Shown: positions 32,756 through 47,237 of the stretch, one piece after another
Numbering within the stretch: the first letter of the stretch is position 1
Layout: each line of letters opens with the position of its first letter
NCBI GenBank assembly: GCA_964016885.1
Contig: OZ024740.1
Location: 259,904,001-259,968,000, forward strand
Direction: 5' to 3'
From: Eledone cirrhosa
Lineage: Eukaryota
DNA length: 64,000 nt
Program-made: the position numbers and the translations under genes
Notes under the pieces: model-generated
What the model was told of the DNA's origin: nothing
What the model saw: only the letters and a program-made list of their open reading frames with translations
Databases searched by the model: none

Positions 32756-32912
<157 letters not shown>

Positions 32913-32919
32913 GTATATA

Positions 32920-32969
<50 letters not shown>

Positions 32970-32974
32970 TATGT

Positions 32975-33122
32975 ATCCCCCTCACCCCTCCCTGCGCCCC
33001 ACCCACCAAACGCCATCCAAAACTTCAGAGTTGGTACCATGAATGTAGGCACCTTAAAAGGCTGCTCTAACGAGGTTGTAGAAATGCTTGAACGTAAGGA
33101 GGTCGATGTTTGCTGTATTCAA
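32975..33122 (+). pseudogene. RTE family C-like 5' (APE start) fragment
   Basis: [14 protein letters not shown]...[16 protein letters not shown] matches the start of the 24488 ORF. Confidence 0.85.
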
Positions 33123-33790
33123 GATGTTATGGTTTTCGTGTACAACACCATTTTCACAGTCCGGAGAGTGTAATATCTAGATTATATGCCTCTCACATAA
33201 TCCACGACTAAATATTGGATGTTTGATGATTCTGTGGAAATGGTGTTGTACACGAAAACCATAACATCGCTTTGCTACACATTTCTAATATTTTAAATAT
33301 TTATAATATTTCTCTACACACAAGCTTCTATAACATTCATATAAAAGATACATTACCAGTACAACCCCCTTAATACTCTTGATTACCCGCTTGAAGTGCT
33401 TGTATTACATATAACACCCTGCCGCACTATAATATTATATAAATAAGACACACATGCTTGCCACACGTGTAACTATTGCACACACTAACTGCTTCTGACT
33501 ATCCTATCGCATTAATTTCATGTTGTATTTTAACTTTAATTTTAATTCTATCCTCTTTTGATATGACTGTAATCTTTAAATGTATACTGCCACGCTAAAT
33601 GTTATAATGGATGTCAACCCACCAAGCAACAATATATGCATATGCTTCTGTATGTCTCTTGGGTTGAAAAGGAGGTCATGTATGTGATCATTCATTAATA
33701 AATTTCTCCGAAGAATCCAAACCTCAGTTTGGAGGAAACAACTGTAAGCATATAAATGATTTGAACAGAACTTTGATTCTTATAACATAT
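33123..33790 (+). mobile_element. Penelope-like 3' fragment with inverted 5' piece and hammerhead-like motif (33704-33750)
   Basis: 37-bp inverted arms 33123-33159/33232-33268; homologous to 18910-19570. Confidence 0.55.
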
Positions 33791-34480
33791 ATAACTGCTC
33801 TGTAAAACAACTGATGTTATTACATTGAGCTATTTATCTTACTGGTAATAAGGTAGTAATATATTACTGCCTATCACTATTTAGGGTTTGAAAAAATATA
33901 TATAACTACAAAAGGTTTTTGTATATGCATAACCATAAATAGTATCCTTAATACTATATATATATTCCTTATCGAGCCCTCTTTGGATTTTAGTCTTCAA
34001 ATTTATTATTATTACTATATATATATATATATTCATTAGTTAAGCAAAACAAGACCACAAACTTCACAAGGAAGACATTATTAAAAGATTGTCAACATAT
34101 TTTAGCTTGATGTAAGGAATATAGAGAATAATAATAATAATATTAATAATAATAATGTACATTTACAATTGTTTCGCTACTCCATATAATATTTCTGGAT
34201 CAGATGACTATATATCATAATTGATCTGGTTCAGTTGAAAATAATTAACATATTTAAAAAACAGAGTGGCTCATCGGAACTCAAAGGAATATAAATTAAA
34301 ATAATGGGATAATGTTACATAATATAATGTTCCATAGGTTACCCATAGGCAGATCTCACACAATGCAGCCTCGACAGATGAATACTGCTTGATTATGGCT
34401 GACAGCTGATGCAACCAAAACACCATAGTAAAAACCAATATATGGAACATTATATTATGTAACATTATCCCATTATTTTA

Positions 34481-34592
34481 AAACCTGCCAGAAACAATTC
34501 TATACGAGTGTTACACAGTCACCCGACCAATCTTGCCTCAAGTGGGACAAACCTGTCAAACCCATGTTAGCGTGGAAGATGGATGCTAAACA

Positions 34593-34622
<30 letters not shown>
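34481..34622 (+). mobile_element. RTE-C 3' tail fragment
   Basis: AAACCTGCCAGA...TTGCCTCAAGTGGGA...AACCCATGTTAGCGTGGAA...(GAT)n. Confidence 0.85.
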
Positions 34623-34624
<2 letters not shown>

Positions 34625-34911
34625 ACCTTCCTTCATAGTTTTATGTAAGAAACTTTCTGAAGTTATGTTCCAACAACTAGCTTTATATTTATGCTACTCC
34701 AAATTTCAAATTATTTTTAATTAAAAACCAGGAGATAGTATTAGCAATGGAAAGACGAATGGAAACAAATGATTGGTTCCTTTCCTTTTGTTATTTTTAA
34801 GTCTATGTAAATTCACATATTGGTTTATTATATAAACCAATATGTGAATGAGGCTATATTATAATCTATCTACCTATGAATACAGCATAACCAAATGGTT
34901 AGGGAGTTCAC

Positions 34912-35067
34912 TTTACAATCATTCTGCCATGAGTTGTGATCAGTAGATCAGCAATGGAAACATCGTTTCCTAGGTCCAATCTGACAATCTGCTCCTTTCC
35001 TTTTTGAAGAACAGTTGAAGAAAAGATGAAGAATGACAATGTTAAGTGGAAAATATTTAAATAGAGG
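34912..35067 (-). CDS. candidate 156-nt host exon (LYLNIFHLTLSFFIFSSTVLQKGKEQIVRLDLGNDVSIADLLITTHGRMIV)
   Basis: Unique sequence, acceptor ctattttcAG, donor AA|GTgaac, open frame, length multiple of 3; protein not recognised. Confidence 0.3.
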
Positions 35068-35423
35068 CTGAAAATAGATTCTAATAGATCAGTTGCTATT
35101 TCAGTCAGCCGGGCCAAGGGGGGGGGGGGGGGTGGAAGGGGGAGAGAAGGACAGGGGGAAGGATAGAGGGGAGGAAAGATGGGAAGATGGAGGAAAGGAT
35201 AGAGGGGAAGAGAGATGGAAGGATAGAGAGAAGTGAGAGAAGGAAGTGAGAAAGGGAACTGAGGGTGGATATGGGAAAAAGCAGAGGGAGAGAGTGTGTG
35301 TGAAATAGAGAGTGAGATTAATGCAGAGAGTCTAGTGGAGTGGTGGAAAATTAGCCAACACTACCAATTTGTTGACACACACCCACACACATACACACAC
35401 ACATACATGTACATACACTCACA

Positions 35424-35477
<54 letters not shown>

Positions 35478-35532
35478 CACATACACACACACCGCACATG
35501 AAAACACACATACATGTACATACACTCACATG

Positions 35533-35600
<68 letters not shown>

Positions 35601-36009
35601 CACATACACACACACCGCACATGAAAACACTAACCAAACACTCACACCCTCACAGAAACGTATGCTCACCACCCGCGCTCACATACATGTACACATTCAT
35701 GCACATGCACCACCACCCATGTTCATAACCATCACCCCCCCACCCCCCCACCCCACATATATATGTACATGTAGACAAGTTCACATGCATCACCACTAAC
35801 AACCATACACAATATATCACCACCATCCCACACTCAACATACCACCACCACTAGCCACACACAACACCATCATTACAACCATCCATACCGACATACATGT
35901 ACACACAAATATACATCATGTACATACACCATCACCACCCACACACCAGTACACCACCCCACCCACCCCACCCCCACACACACCATTACCACCAGCCTGC
36001 CACCATCAC

Positions 36010-39000
36010 CACCATCCACACAACAGTACACAACACCACCAGCCTGCCACCATCCACACAACAGTACACCATCAACAACACCACCACACAACAGTACACC
36101 ACCAACACAACCACACCACCACCACCATCCACACAACAGTACACCACCAACACCACCTCACCACCACCACCATCCACACAACAGTACACCACCAACACCA
36201 CCCCACCAACAACACCACCACACAACAGTACACCACCAACACAACCACACCACCACCACCATGCACACAACAGTACACCACCAACACCACCACACAACAG
36301 TACACCACCAACACCACCAACACCACCACACAACAGTACACCACCAACACCACCACACCACCACCACACAACAGTACACCACCAACACCACCACACAACA
36401 GTACACCACCAACACCACCACACAACAGTACACCACCAACACCACCACACAACAGTACACCACCAACACCGCCACACAACAGTACACCACCAACACCACC
36501 ACACAACAGTACACCACCAACACCACCACCACCCTCCACACAACAGTACACCAACAACACCACTACACAACATTACACCACCACACCACCACCATCCACA
36601 CAACAGTACACCACCAACACCACCGCACAACAGTACACCACCAACACCACCACACAACAGTACACCACCAACACCACCAACACCACCACACCACAACCAC
36701 CATCCACACAACAGTACACCACCAACACCACCACACCAGTACCACCATCCACACAGCAGTACACCACCACACCACCACCACCATCCACACAACAGTACAC
36801 CACCAACACCACCACACAACATTACACCACCAACACCACCACACCACTACCACCATCCATACAACAGTACACCACCAACACCACCACACCACAACCACCA
36901 TCCACACAACAGTACACCACCACACCACCACCATCCACACAAAAGCACACACCACCACCACCACCATCCACACAACAGTACACACCACCACACCACCACC
37001 ACCACCACCACCATCCACACAACAGTACACACCACCACCACACCACCACCATCCACACAACAGTACACACCACCACCACACCACCAACACCACCACACAA
37101 CAGTACACCACCAACACCACCACACAACAGTACACCACCAACACCACCACACAACAGTACACCACCAACACCGCCACACAACAGTACACCACCAACACCA
37201 CCACACAACAGTACACCACCAACACCACCACACCACAACCACCATCCACACAACAGTACACCACCAACACCACCACACCACAACCACCATCCACACAGCA
37301 GTACACCACCACACCACCACCACCATCCACACAACAGTACACCACCAACACCACCACACAACATTACACCACCAACACCACCACACCACTACCACCATCC
37401 ATACAACAGTACACCACCAACACCACCACACCACAACCACCATCCACACAACAGTACACCACCACACCACAACCACCACCACCACCATCCACACAACAGT
37501 ACACACCACCACACCACCACCACCACACCACTACCACCATCCACACAACAGTACACCACCAACACCATGCATACAACAGTACACCACCAACACCACCACA
37601 CAACAGTACACCACCAACACCACCACACAACAGTACACCACCAACACCACCACACCACCAAACATTACACCACCAACACCACCACACCACTACCACCATC
37701 CACACAACAGTACACCACCAACACCATGCACACAACAGTACACCACCAACACCACCACACAACAGTACACCACCAACACCACCACACCACCAACACCACC
37801 ACACAACAGTACACCACCAACACCACCACACCACCACCACCCACACAACAGTACACCACCAACACCACCACACCACCACCACCCACACAACAGTACACCA
37901 CCAACACCACCACACAACAGTACACCACCAACACCACCACACAACATTACACCACCAACACCACCACACCACCACCCACACAACAGTACACCACCAACAC
38001 CACCACACAACATTACACCACCAACACCACCACACCACTACCACCATCCACACAACAGTACACCACCAACACCATGCATACAACAGTACACCACCAACAC
38101 CACCAACACCACCACACAACAGTACACCACCACCACCCACACAACAGTACACCACCAACACCACCACACAACAGTACACCACCAACACCACCACACAACA
38201 TTACACCACCACACCACCACCATCCACACAACAGTACACCACCAACACCACCACACAACATTACACCACCACACAACAGTACACCACCAACACCACCACA
38301 CCACTACCACCATCCACACAACAGTACACCACCAACACCACCACACAACAGTACACCACCAACACCACCAACACCACCACACAACAGTACACCACCAACA
38401 CCACCACACCACCACCACCCACACAACAGTACACCACCAACACCACCACACAACAGTACACCACCAACACCACCACACCACTACCACCATCCACACAACA
38501 GTACACCACCAACACCACCACACAACAGTACACCACCAACACCACCACACAACATTACACCACCACACCACCACCATCCACACAACAGTACACCACCAAC
38601 ACCACCACACAACAGTACACCACCAACACCACCACACAACAGTACACCACCAACACCACCACACCACTACCACCATCCACACAACAGTACACCACCAACA
38701 CCACCACACAACAGTACACCACCAACACCACCACACAACAGTACACCACCAACACCACCACACCACTACCACCATCCACACAACAGTACACCACCAACAC
38801 CACCACACAACTGTACACCACCAACACCACCACACCACTACCACCACCACCACCATCCACACAACAGTACACACCACCACCACACCACCACCATCCACAC
38901 AACAGTACACACCACCACCACACCACCAACACCACCACACAACAGTACACCACCAACACCACCACACAACAGTACACCACCAACACCACCACACAACAGT

Positions 39001-40956
39001 ACACCACCAACACCGCCACACAACAGTACACCACCAACACCACCACACAACAGTACACCACCAACACCACCACACCACAACCACCATCCACACAACAGTA
39101 CACCACCAACACCACCACACCACAACCACCATCCACACAGCAGTACACCACCACACCACCACCACCATCCACACAACAGTACACCACCAACACCACCACA
39201 CAACATTACACCACCAACACCACCACACCACTACCACCATCCATACAACAGTACACCACCAACACCACCACACCACAACCACCATCCACACAACAGTACA
39301 CCACCACACCACAACCACCACCACCACCATCCACACAACAGTACACACCACCACACCACCACCACCACACCACTACCACCATCCACACAACAGTACACCA
39401 CCAACACCATGCATACAACAGTACACCACCAACACCACCACACAACAGTACACCACCAACACCACCACACAACAGTACACCACCAACACCACCACACCAC
39501 CAAACATTACACCACCAACACCACCACACCACTACCACCATCCACACAACAGTACACCACCAACACCATGCACACAACAGTACACCACCAACACCACCAC
39601 ACAACAGTACACCACCAACACCACCACACCACCAACACCACCACACAACAGTACACCACCAACACCACCACACCACCACCACCCACACAACAGTACACCA
39701 CCAACACCACCACACCACCACCACCCACACAACAGTACACCACCAACACCACCACACAACAGTACACCACCACCACCACCACACAACATTACACCACCAA
39801 CACCACCACACCACCACCCACACAACAGTACACCACCAACACCACCACACAACATTACACCACCAACACCACCACACCACTACCACCATCCACACAACAG
39901 TACACCACCAACACCATGCATACAACAGTACACCACCAACACCACCAACACCACCACACAACAGTACACCACCACCACCCACACAACAGTACACCACCAA
40001 CACCACCACACAACAGTACACCACCAACACCACCACACAACATTACACCACCACACCACCACCATCCACACAACAGTACACCACCAACACCACCACACAA
40101 CATTACACCACCACACAACAGTACACCACCAACACCACCACACCACTACCACCATCCACACAACAGTACACCACCAACACCACCACACAACAGTACACCA
40201 CCAACACCACCAACACCACCACACAACAGTACACCACCAACACCACCACACCACCACCACCCACACAACAGTACACCACCAACACCACCACACAACAGTA
40301 CACCACCAACACCACCACACCACTACCACCATCCACACAACAGTACACCACCAACACCACCACACAACAGTACACCACCAACACCACCACACAACATTAC
40401 ACCACCACACCACCACCATCCACACAACAGTACACCACCAACACCACCACACAACAGTACACCACCAACACCACCACACAACAGTACACCACCAACACCA
40501 CCACACCACTACCACCATCCACACAACAGTACACCACCAACACCACCACACAACAGTACACCACCAACACCACCACACAACAGTACACCACCAACACCAC
40601 CACACAACAGTACACCACCAACACCACCACACCACTACCACCATCCACACAACAGTACACCACCAACACCACCACACAACTGTACACCACCAACACCACC
40701 ACACCACTACCACCATCCACACAACAGTACACACCACCACCACCACAACCACCATCCACACAACAGTACACCACCAACACCACCACACCACAACCACCAC
40801 CATCCACACAAAAGCACACACCACCACCACCACCATCCACACAACAGTACACACCACCACCACCACCACCACCATCCACACAACAGTACACACCACTACC
40901 ACCACCATCCACACAACAGTACACACCACCACCACCACCACCACCACCACCACCAC
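36010..40956. repeat. complex 27-bp minisatellite (CACACAACAGTACACCACCAACACCAC) with ~1842-bp higher-order duplication
   Basis: 9-codon periodicity in all frames; near-identical ORFs offset by 1842 (37364/39206, 38013/39855, 38261/40103). Confidence 0.95.
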
Positions 40957-42104
40957 AAATACAATGACAGTTGATCAAACTGTATGTTACAATTGCGGCA
41001 GGAGTGTGTCTGTGTGACATGTAGACATCCATGATTGCCATGTAAACACCCACACACTGTCAGTAACACATAGGCACACACACTATATACAACAGTTGAC
41101 CAGTTTTAAACGTAGTATACACAACTACACATACACACACATACAACACAACCTCATACAAGACTAAACACATGCACACGCCTACCCACACAAGTCTATA
41201 CATATGCTCACCCACACAAGACTAAACATATACATACTCACCCACACATATATGTGGAGTAATTACAGTAGGGGCCCATCAGCAGAGTGTTGAAGTGCTT
41301 AAAGAGTATTACAGGTGGTCTGTAAGATAAAAATTGTTAATTATTCCATAGGAAGTATTACTAGTGTCCTGGCAGCCCACAATGCAGAGGACAGGAAGAG
41401 AAGTAAATATCGGGGCTTATCCAGCTGCTTCCTCTTTGCACTAGTCTAGTCTTTGTCAAGACCTCAGACGACCTCGGAACCCAGACAGATGACCCCTTCC
41501 ATAAAATCAGAACAATAGTAGCCTGTTTGAGGAAGGAGCCCCATAAGGTGAGGTGGCAGTTGCAATGGGTGTCATTGGCTATTGTCCGCAAGGCACAGCC
41601 AAAACACCCCTCAGACTTTTGAGTCTGTCACCCTCCCCTTCACCCTTTGCCTAATAGCCCTTGCCCTCATTTTCCTCTCATTTATGGCATTTATAGTCCT
41701 TTCCAATACTGCTTTATTTTCCTGTATGTTTAACCAATTTATAGTAATGTCTGAAATATTTTCGTTTTCATTTTGTTACGCGGTCAGATAATTGTTAAAA
41801 ATACCATCATTAAGATGGTATTTTTAACATAAAAGTTTCTTATATCAAATTATGTTGGAAGATTTTTAATTATATAATGCCACCTCTGATAGGAACCCTT
41901 TGAAATTGGATGTTTTTGTTTCATAGAAACACAACTGGGATTTAGGGGCTAAATTAATATCAAAAGGTTTTGCTTAGTGGAATGTAAGAACTGGAATTCA
42001 CCACAGATTTAACTGACATTCTTCTTCCATCCTCTCAACTTACATCTCCAGGCACGCACGTACACACACACGATATATATACATGATATATATATATATA
42101 TATC

Positions 42105-42300
42105 AACATTTAATGTCCATTTTACCACACTAGCATCGGTTAGATGAATTGTCCCATTGTGAGCTAAGCCAGATCAGATGACCATATCTTGCTCATACTG
42201 GACTGATTTTGAGACTTGGTTTCTACGACTGGATGACGTTCCTAATGCCAACCACATTTACAGAGTGGACTGGGTGCTTTTATCATGACACTTATACAAA
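42105..42300 (-). mobile_element. RTE-C/SINE 3' tail fragment
   Basis: TTCTACGACTGGATGACGTTCCTAATGCCAACCACATTTACAG. Confidence 0.8.
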
Positions 42301-42404
42301 ACTTTACAGTGTGCGGTGGGGGGGGGGGGGTATACACATACACACACACACACACATATAAAGAATGATTAATAAAACAGGTAGATATCATAAAAAGGTA
42401 ACTT

Positions 42405-42466
<62 letters not shown>

Positions 42467-42899
42467 TATATGTGTGTATGTGTGTGTCTGTGTTTGTGTA
42501 TCAGACACACATATTCAACATGATGAATTATGTTGAATATGGTGAGGAAAAGGTGGGTGTCAGCTACATTCTGGTGTTAACAAGGTATGCAATAAAATAT
42601 TTAGCTTGTGTTGATGTAAAACAGTTGGAGAGGAAGGAGAAAAGCAAATTCTTTCAACACATGGCTCAAACAATCCACAGTAACAACAATAATGGTGTGA
42701 TGGTAATAATAATAACAGCACCTTGGAAACATCTATGTTTTCATCAATATCATGTGGTTTCAATTTAAGCTAAAAATAGGCTAGTACCATCATCATCATC
42801 ATCTCCACCATCACACACCATTCCCATCATAATCATCATCACTATCAACATCTTCACAATCAACACCCCTTCATTTCCAATGCCACCATTATCATATCA

Positions 42900-43085
42900 G
42901 GCGGTGGATTGGCAGTATCGGTAGAGGGTCGGACGCCATGCTTTGCAGCATAGTTACGTCCCTTTATGATCTGAGTTCAAATCCCGCCGAGGTTGACTTT
43001 GCCTTTCATCCTTACGGGGTCGATAAAATAAGGTACCAGTAATGTACTGGGTAATTGCTGGCCTTGTGCCTAAAGTAGAAACAAC
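42900..43085 (+). mobile_element. SINE family 2 (tRNA-like head, GCCTTTCATCC..GGGGTCGATAAAATAAG body)
   Basis: Box B GAGTTCAAATCC; many homologs in the window; short-repeat tail. Confidence 0.85.
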
Positions 43086-43379
43086 CATTATCATCATCAT
43101 CATCATCATAATCTCTGCTATCACACATTCCTCTCACCACCATCACCACTAACACCATTATAATCATCATCACCAATAACAAAGCACCTTATCATCACTA
43201 TCACCACTAACATCGTTATCATCACCATTATCATCATCAACACTGCTACTGTAATCAACATCATCCTCATCATTATCACTATTGTCATCAGCACTATCAC
43301 CCCCATGACATCATCAACACCATTGCTATAATCCTCATCACAACCCACACTTTAATCATTATTCCATCATTATCATCAT

Positions 43380-46340
43380 CATTATCAACACCATCATAAT
43401 CACCACCACCACCACCAACAACAACACTACCCACCACTTTCATCATTATCAACACCATCATAATCACCACCACCACCAACATCAACACTACCCACCACTT
43501 TCATCATTATCAACACCATCATAATCACCACCACCACCAACATCAACACTACCCACCACCACCACCATCAACACTACCCACCACTTCCATCATTATCAAC
43601 ACCATCATAATCACCACCACCACCAACATCAACACTACCCACCACTTCCATCATTATCAACACCATCATAATCACCACCACCACCAACATCAACACTACC
43701 CACCACTTCCATCATTATCAACACCATCATAATCACCACCACCACCAACATCAACACTACCCACCACTTCCATCATTATCAACACCATCATAATCACCAC
43801 CACCACCAACATCAACACTACCCACCACTTCCATCATTATCAACACCATCATAATCACCACCACCACCACCATCAACACTACCCACCACTTCCATCATTA
43901 TCAACACCATCATAATCACCACCACCACCAACATCAACACTACCCACCACTTCCATCATTATCAACACCATCATAATCACCACCACCACCAACATCAACA
44001 CTACCCACCACTTCCATCATTATCAACACCATCATAATCACCACCACCACCAACATCAACACTACCCACCACCACCACCATCAACACTACCCACCACTTC
44101 CATCATTATCAACACCATCATAATCACCACCACCACCAACATCAACACTACCCACCACTTCCATCATTATCAACACCATCATAATCACCACCACCACCAA
44201 CATCAACACTACCCACCACTTCCATCATTATCAACACCATCATAATCACCACCACCACCAACATCAACACTACCCACCACCACCACCATCAACACTACCC
44301 ACCACTTCCATCATTATCAACACCATCATAATCACCACCACCACCAACAACAACACTACCCACCACTTTCATCATTATCAACACCATCATAATCACCACC
44401 ACCACCAACAACAACACTACCCACCACTTCATCATTATCAACACCATCATAATCACCACCACCACCAACATCAACACTACCCACCACCATCAACACTACC
44501 CACCACTTCCATCATTATCAACACCATCATAATCACCACCACCACCAACATCAACACTACCCACCACCACCACCATCAACACTACCCACCACTTCCATCA
44601 TTATCAACACCATCATAATCACCACCACCACCAACATCAACACTACCCACCACTTCCATCATTATCAACACCATCATAATCACCACCACCACCAACATCA
44701 ACACTACCCACCACCACCACCATCAACACTACCCACCACTTCCATCATTATCAACACCATCATAATCACCACCACCACCAACATCAACACTACCCACCAC
44801 TTCCATCATTATCAACACCATCATAATCACCACCACCACCAACATCAACACTACCCACCACTTCCATCATTATCAACACCATCATAATCACCACCACCAC
44901 CAACATCAACACTACCCACCACTTCCATCATTATCAACACCATCATAATCACCACCACCACCAACATCAACACTACCCACCACTTCCATCATTATCAACA
45001 CCATCATAATCACCACCACCACCAACATCAACACTACCCACCACCACCACCATCAACACTACCCACCACTTCCATCATTATCAACACCATCATAATCACC
45101 ACCACCACCAACAACAACACTACCCACCACTTTCATCATTATCAACACCATCATAATCACCACCACCACCAACATCAACACTACCCACCACTTCCATCAT
45201 TATCAACACCATCATAATCACCACCACCACCAACATCAACACTACCCACCACTTTCATCATTATCAACACCATCATAATCACCACCACCACCAACATCAA
45301 CACTACCCACCACCATCAAAACTACCCACCACTTTCATCATTATCAACACCATCATAATCACCACCACCACCAACATCAACACTACCCACCACCATCAAC
45401 ACTACCCACCACTTCCATCATTATCAACACCATCATAATCACCACCACCACCAACATCAACACTACCCACCACTTCCATCATTATCAACACCATCATAAT
45501 CACCACCACCACCAACATCAACACTACCCACCACCACCACCATCAACACTACCCACCACTTCCATCATTATCAACACCATCATAATCACCACCACCACCA
45601 ACATCAACACTACCCACCACCACCACCATCAACACTACCCACCACTTCCATCATTATCAACACCATCATAATCACCACCACCACCAACATCAACACTACC
45701 CACCACCACCACCATCAACACTACCCACCACTTCCATCATTATCAACACCATCATAATCATCACCACCACCAACATCAACACTACCCACCACTTCCATCA
45801 TTATCAACACCATCATAATCATCACCACCACCAACATCAACACTACCCACCACCACCACCATCAACACTACCCACCACTTCCATCATTATCAACACCATC
45901 ATAATCATCACCACCACCAACATCAACACTACCCACCACTTCCATCATTATCAACACCATCATAATCACCACCACCACCAACATCAACACTACCCACCAC
46001 CACCACCATCAACACTACCCACCACTTCCATCATTATCAACACCATCATAATCACCACCACCACCAACATCAACACTACCCACCACTTCCATCATTATCA
46101 ACACCATCATAATCACCACCACCACCAACATCAACACTACCCACCACTTCCATCATTATCAACACCATCATAATCACCACCACCACCAACATCAACACTA
46201 CCCACCACTTTCATCATTATCAACACCATCATAATCACCACCACCACCAACATCAACACTACCCACCACTTTCATCATTATCATCATCAACATCATAATC
46301 ATCACCACCACCAACAACACTACCCACCACTTCCATCATT
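43380..46340. repeat. 61-bp minisatellite (~45 units with interspersed partial units)
   Basis: ACACTACCCACCACTTCCATCATTATCAACACCATCATAATCACCACCACCACCAACATCA. Confidence 0.95.
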
Positions 46341-47010
46341 ATATCATCACTATCATCATCATCAACAACACCTACTACTGTAATCATTATAATTATCAAC
46401 AATACCCACCAATGTAACAACCATCAGCATCATGACCACCACCACCACCACCACCCATTGTAACCATCATCATCATCATCATCAGCATGATCAACAGCAC
46501 CGCCACCCATTGTAACCATCATCATCAGCATGATCAACAGCACCACACTCCATTGTAACCATCACCATCATCATCACACCACCACCCACCACAGTTACCA
46601 TCATTATCACCAACATCATCAACACCACCGCCACCCATTGTAACCATCATCATCATCATCATCAACATGATCAACAGCACCACACTCCATTGTAACCATC
46701 ACCATCATCATCACACCACCACCCACCACAGTTACCATCATTATCACCAACATCATCAACACCACCGCCACCCATTGTAACCATCATCATCATCATCATC
46801 AACATGATCAACAGCACCACACTCCATTGTAACCATCACCATCATCATCACACCACCACCCACAGTTACCATCATTATCACCAACATCAACACCAACACC
46901 ACCAGCCTCTAATCCATTATATCATTATCAATTCTTCTATTCTTGAACAGATGACATAAACCTTTCATCACATTTGGTGCAGAACATCATGTCAACAGAA
47001 CTACATATTA

Positions 47011-47207
47011 ATAATAATAATTGTTTCTACTTTTGGCACAAGGCCAGCAATTATCCAGTGCATTACTGGTACTTTATTTTATCGACCCCGTAAAGATGAA
47101 AGGCAAAGTCAACCTCGGCGGGATTTGAACTCAGAATGGCAAGGACCGTAACTCTATGCGTCAAAGCATGGCGTCCAACCCTCTACCGATACTGCCAATC
47201 CTTCGCC
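47011..47207 (-). mobile_element. SINE family 2, full length with (ATT)n tail
   Basis: Reverse-complement homolog of 42900-43085. Confidence 0.88.
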
Positions 47208-47237
47208 CTTAATAATAATAATAATAATAATAATAAT

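Noticed and set aside
35897-41017. 1706/1568/1135-aa ORFs as a mucin or His-rich protein
   Set aside because: Open in all frames owing to C/A composition; unit lengths not frame-preserving
41351-41547. plus-strand exon or piggyBac-like DPFHKIR motif
   Set aside because: Stops in all frames from the acceptor; similarity too short to support
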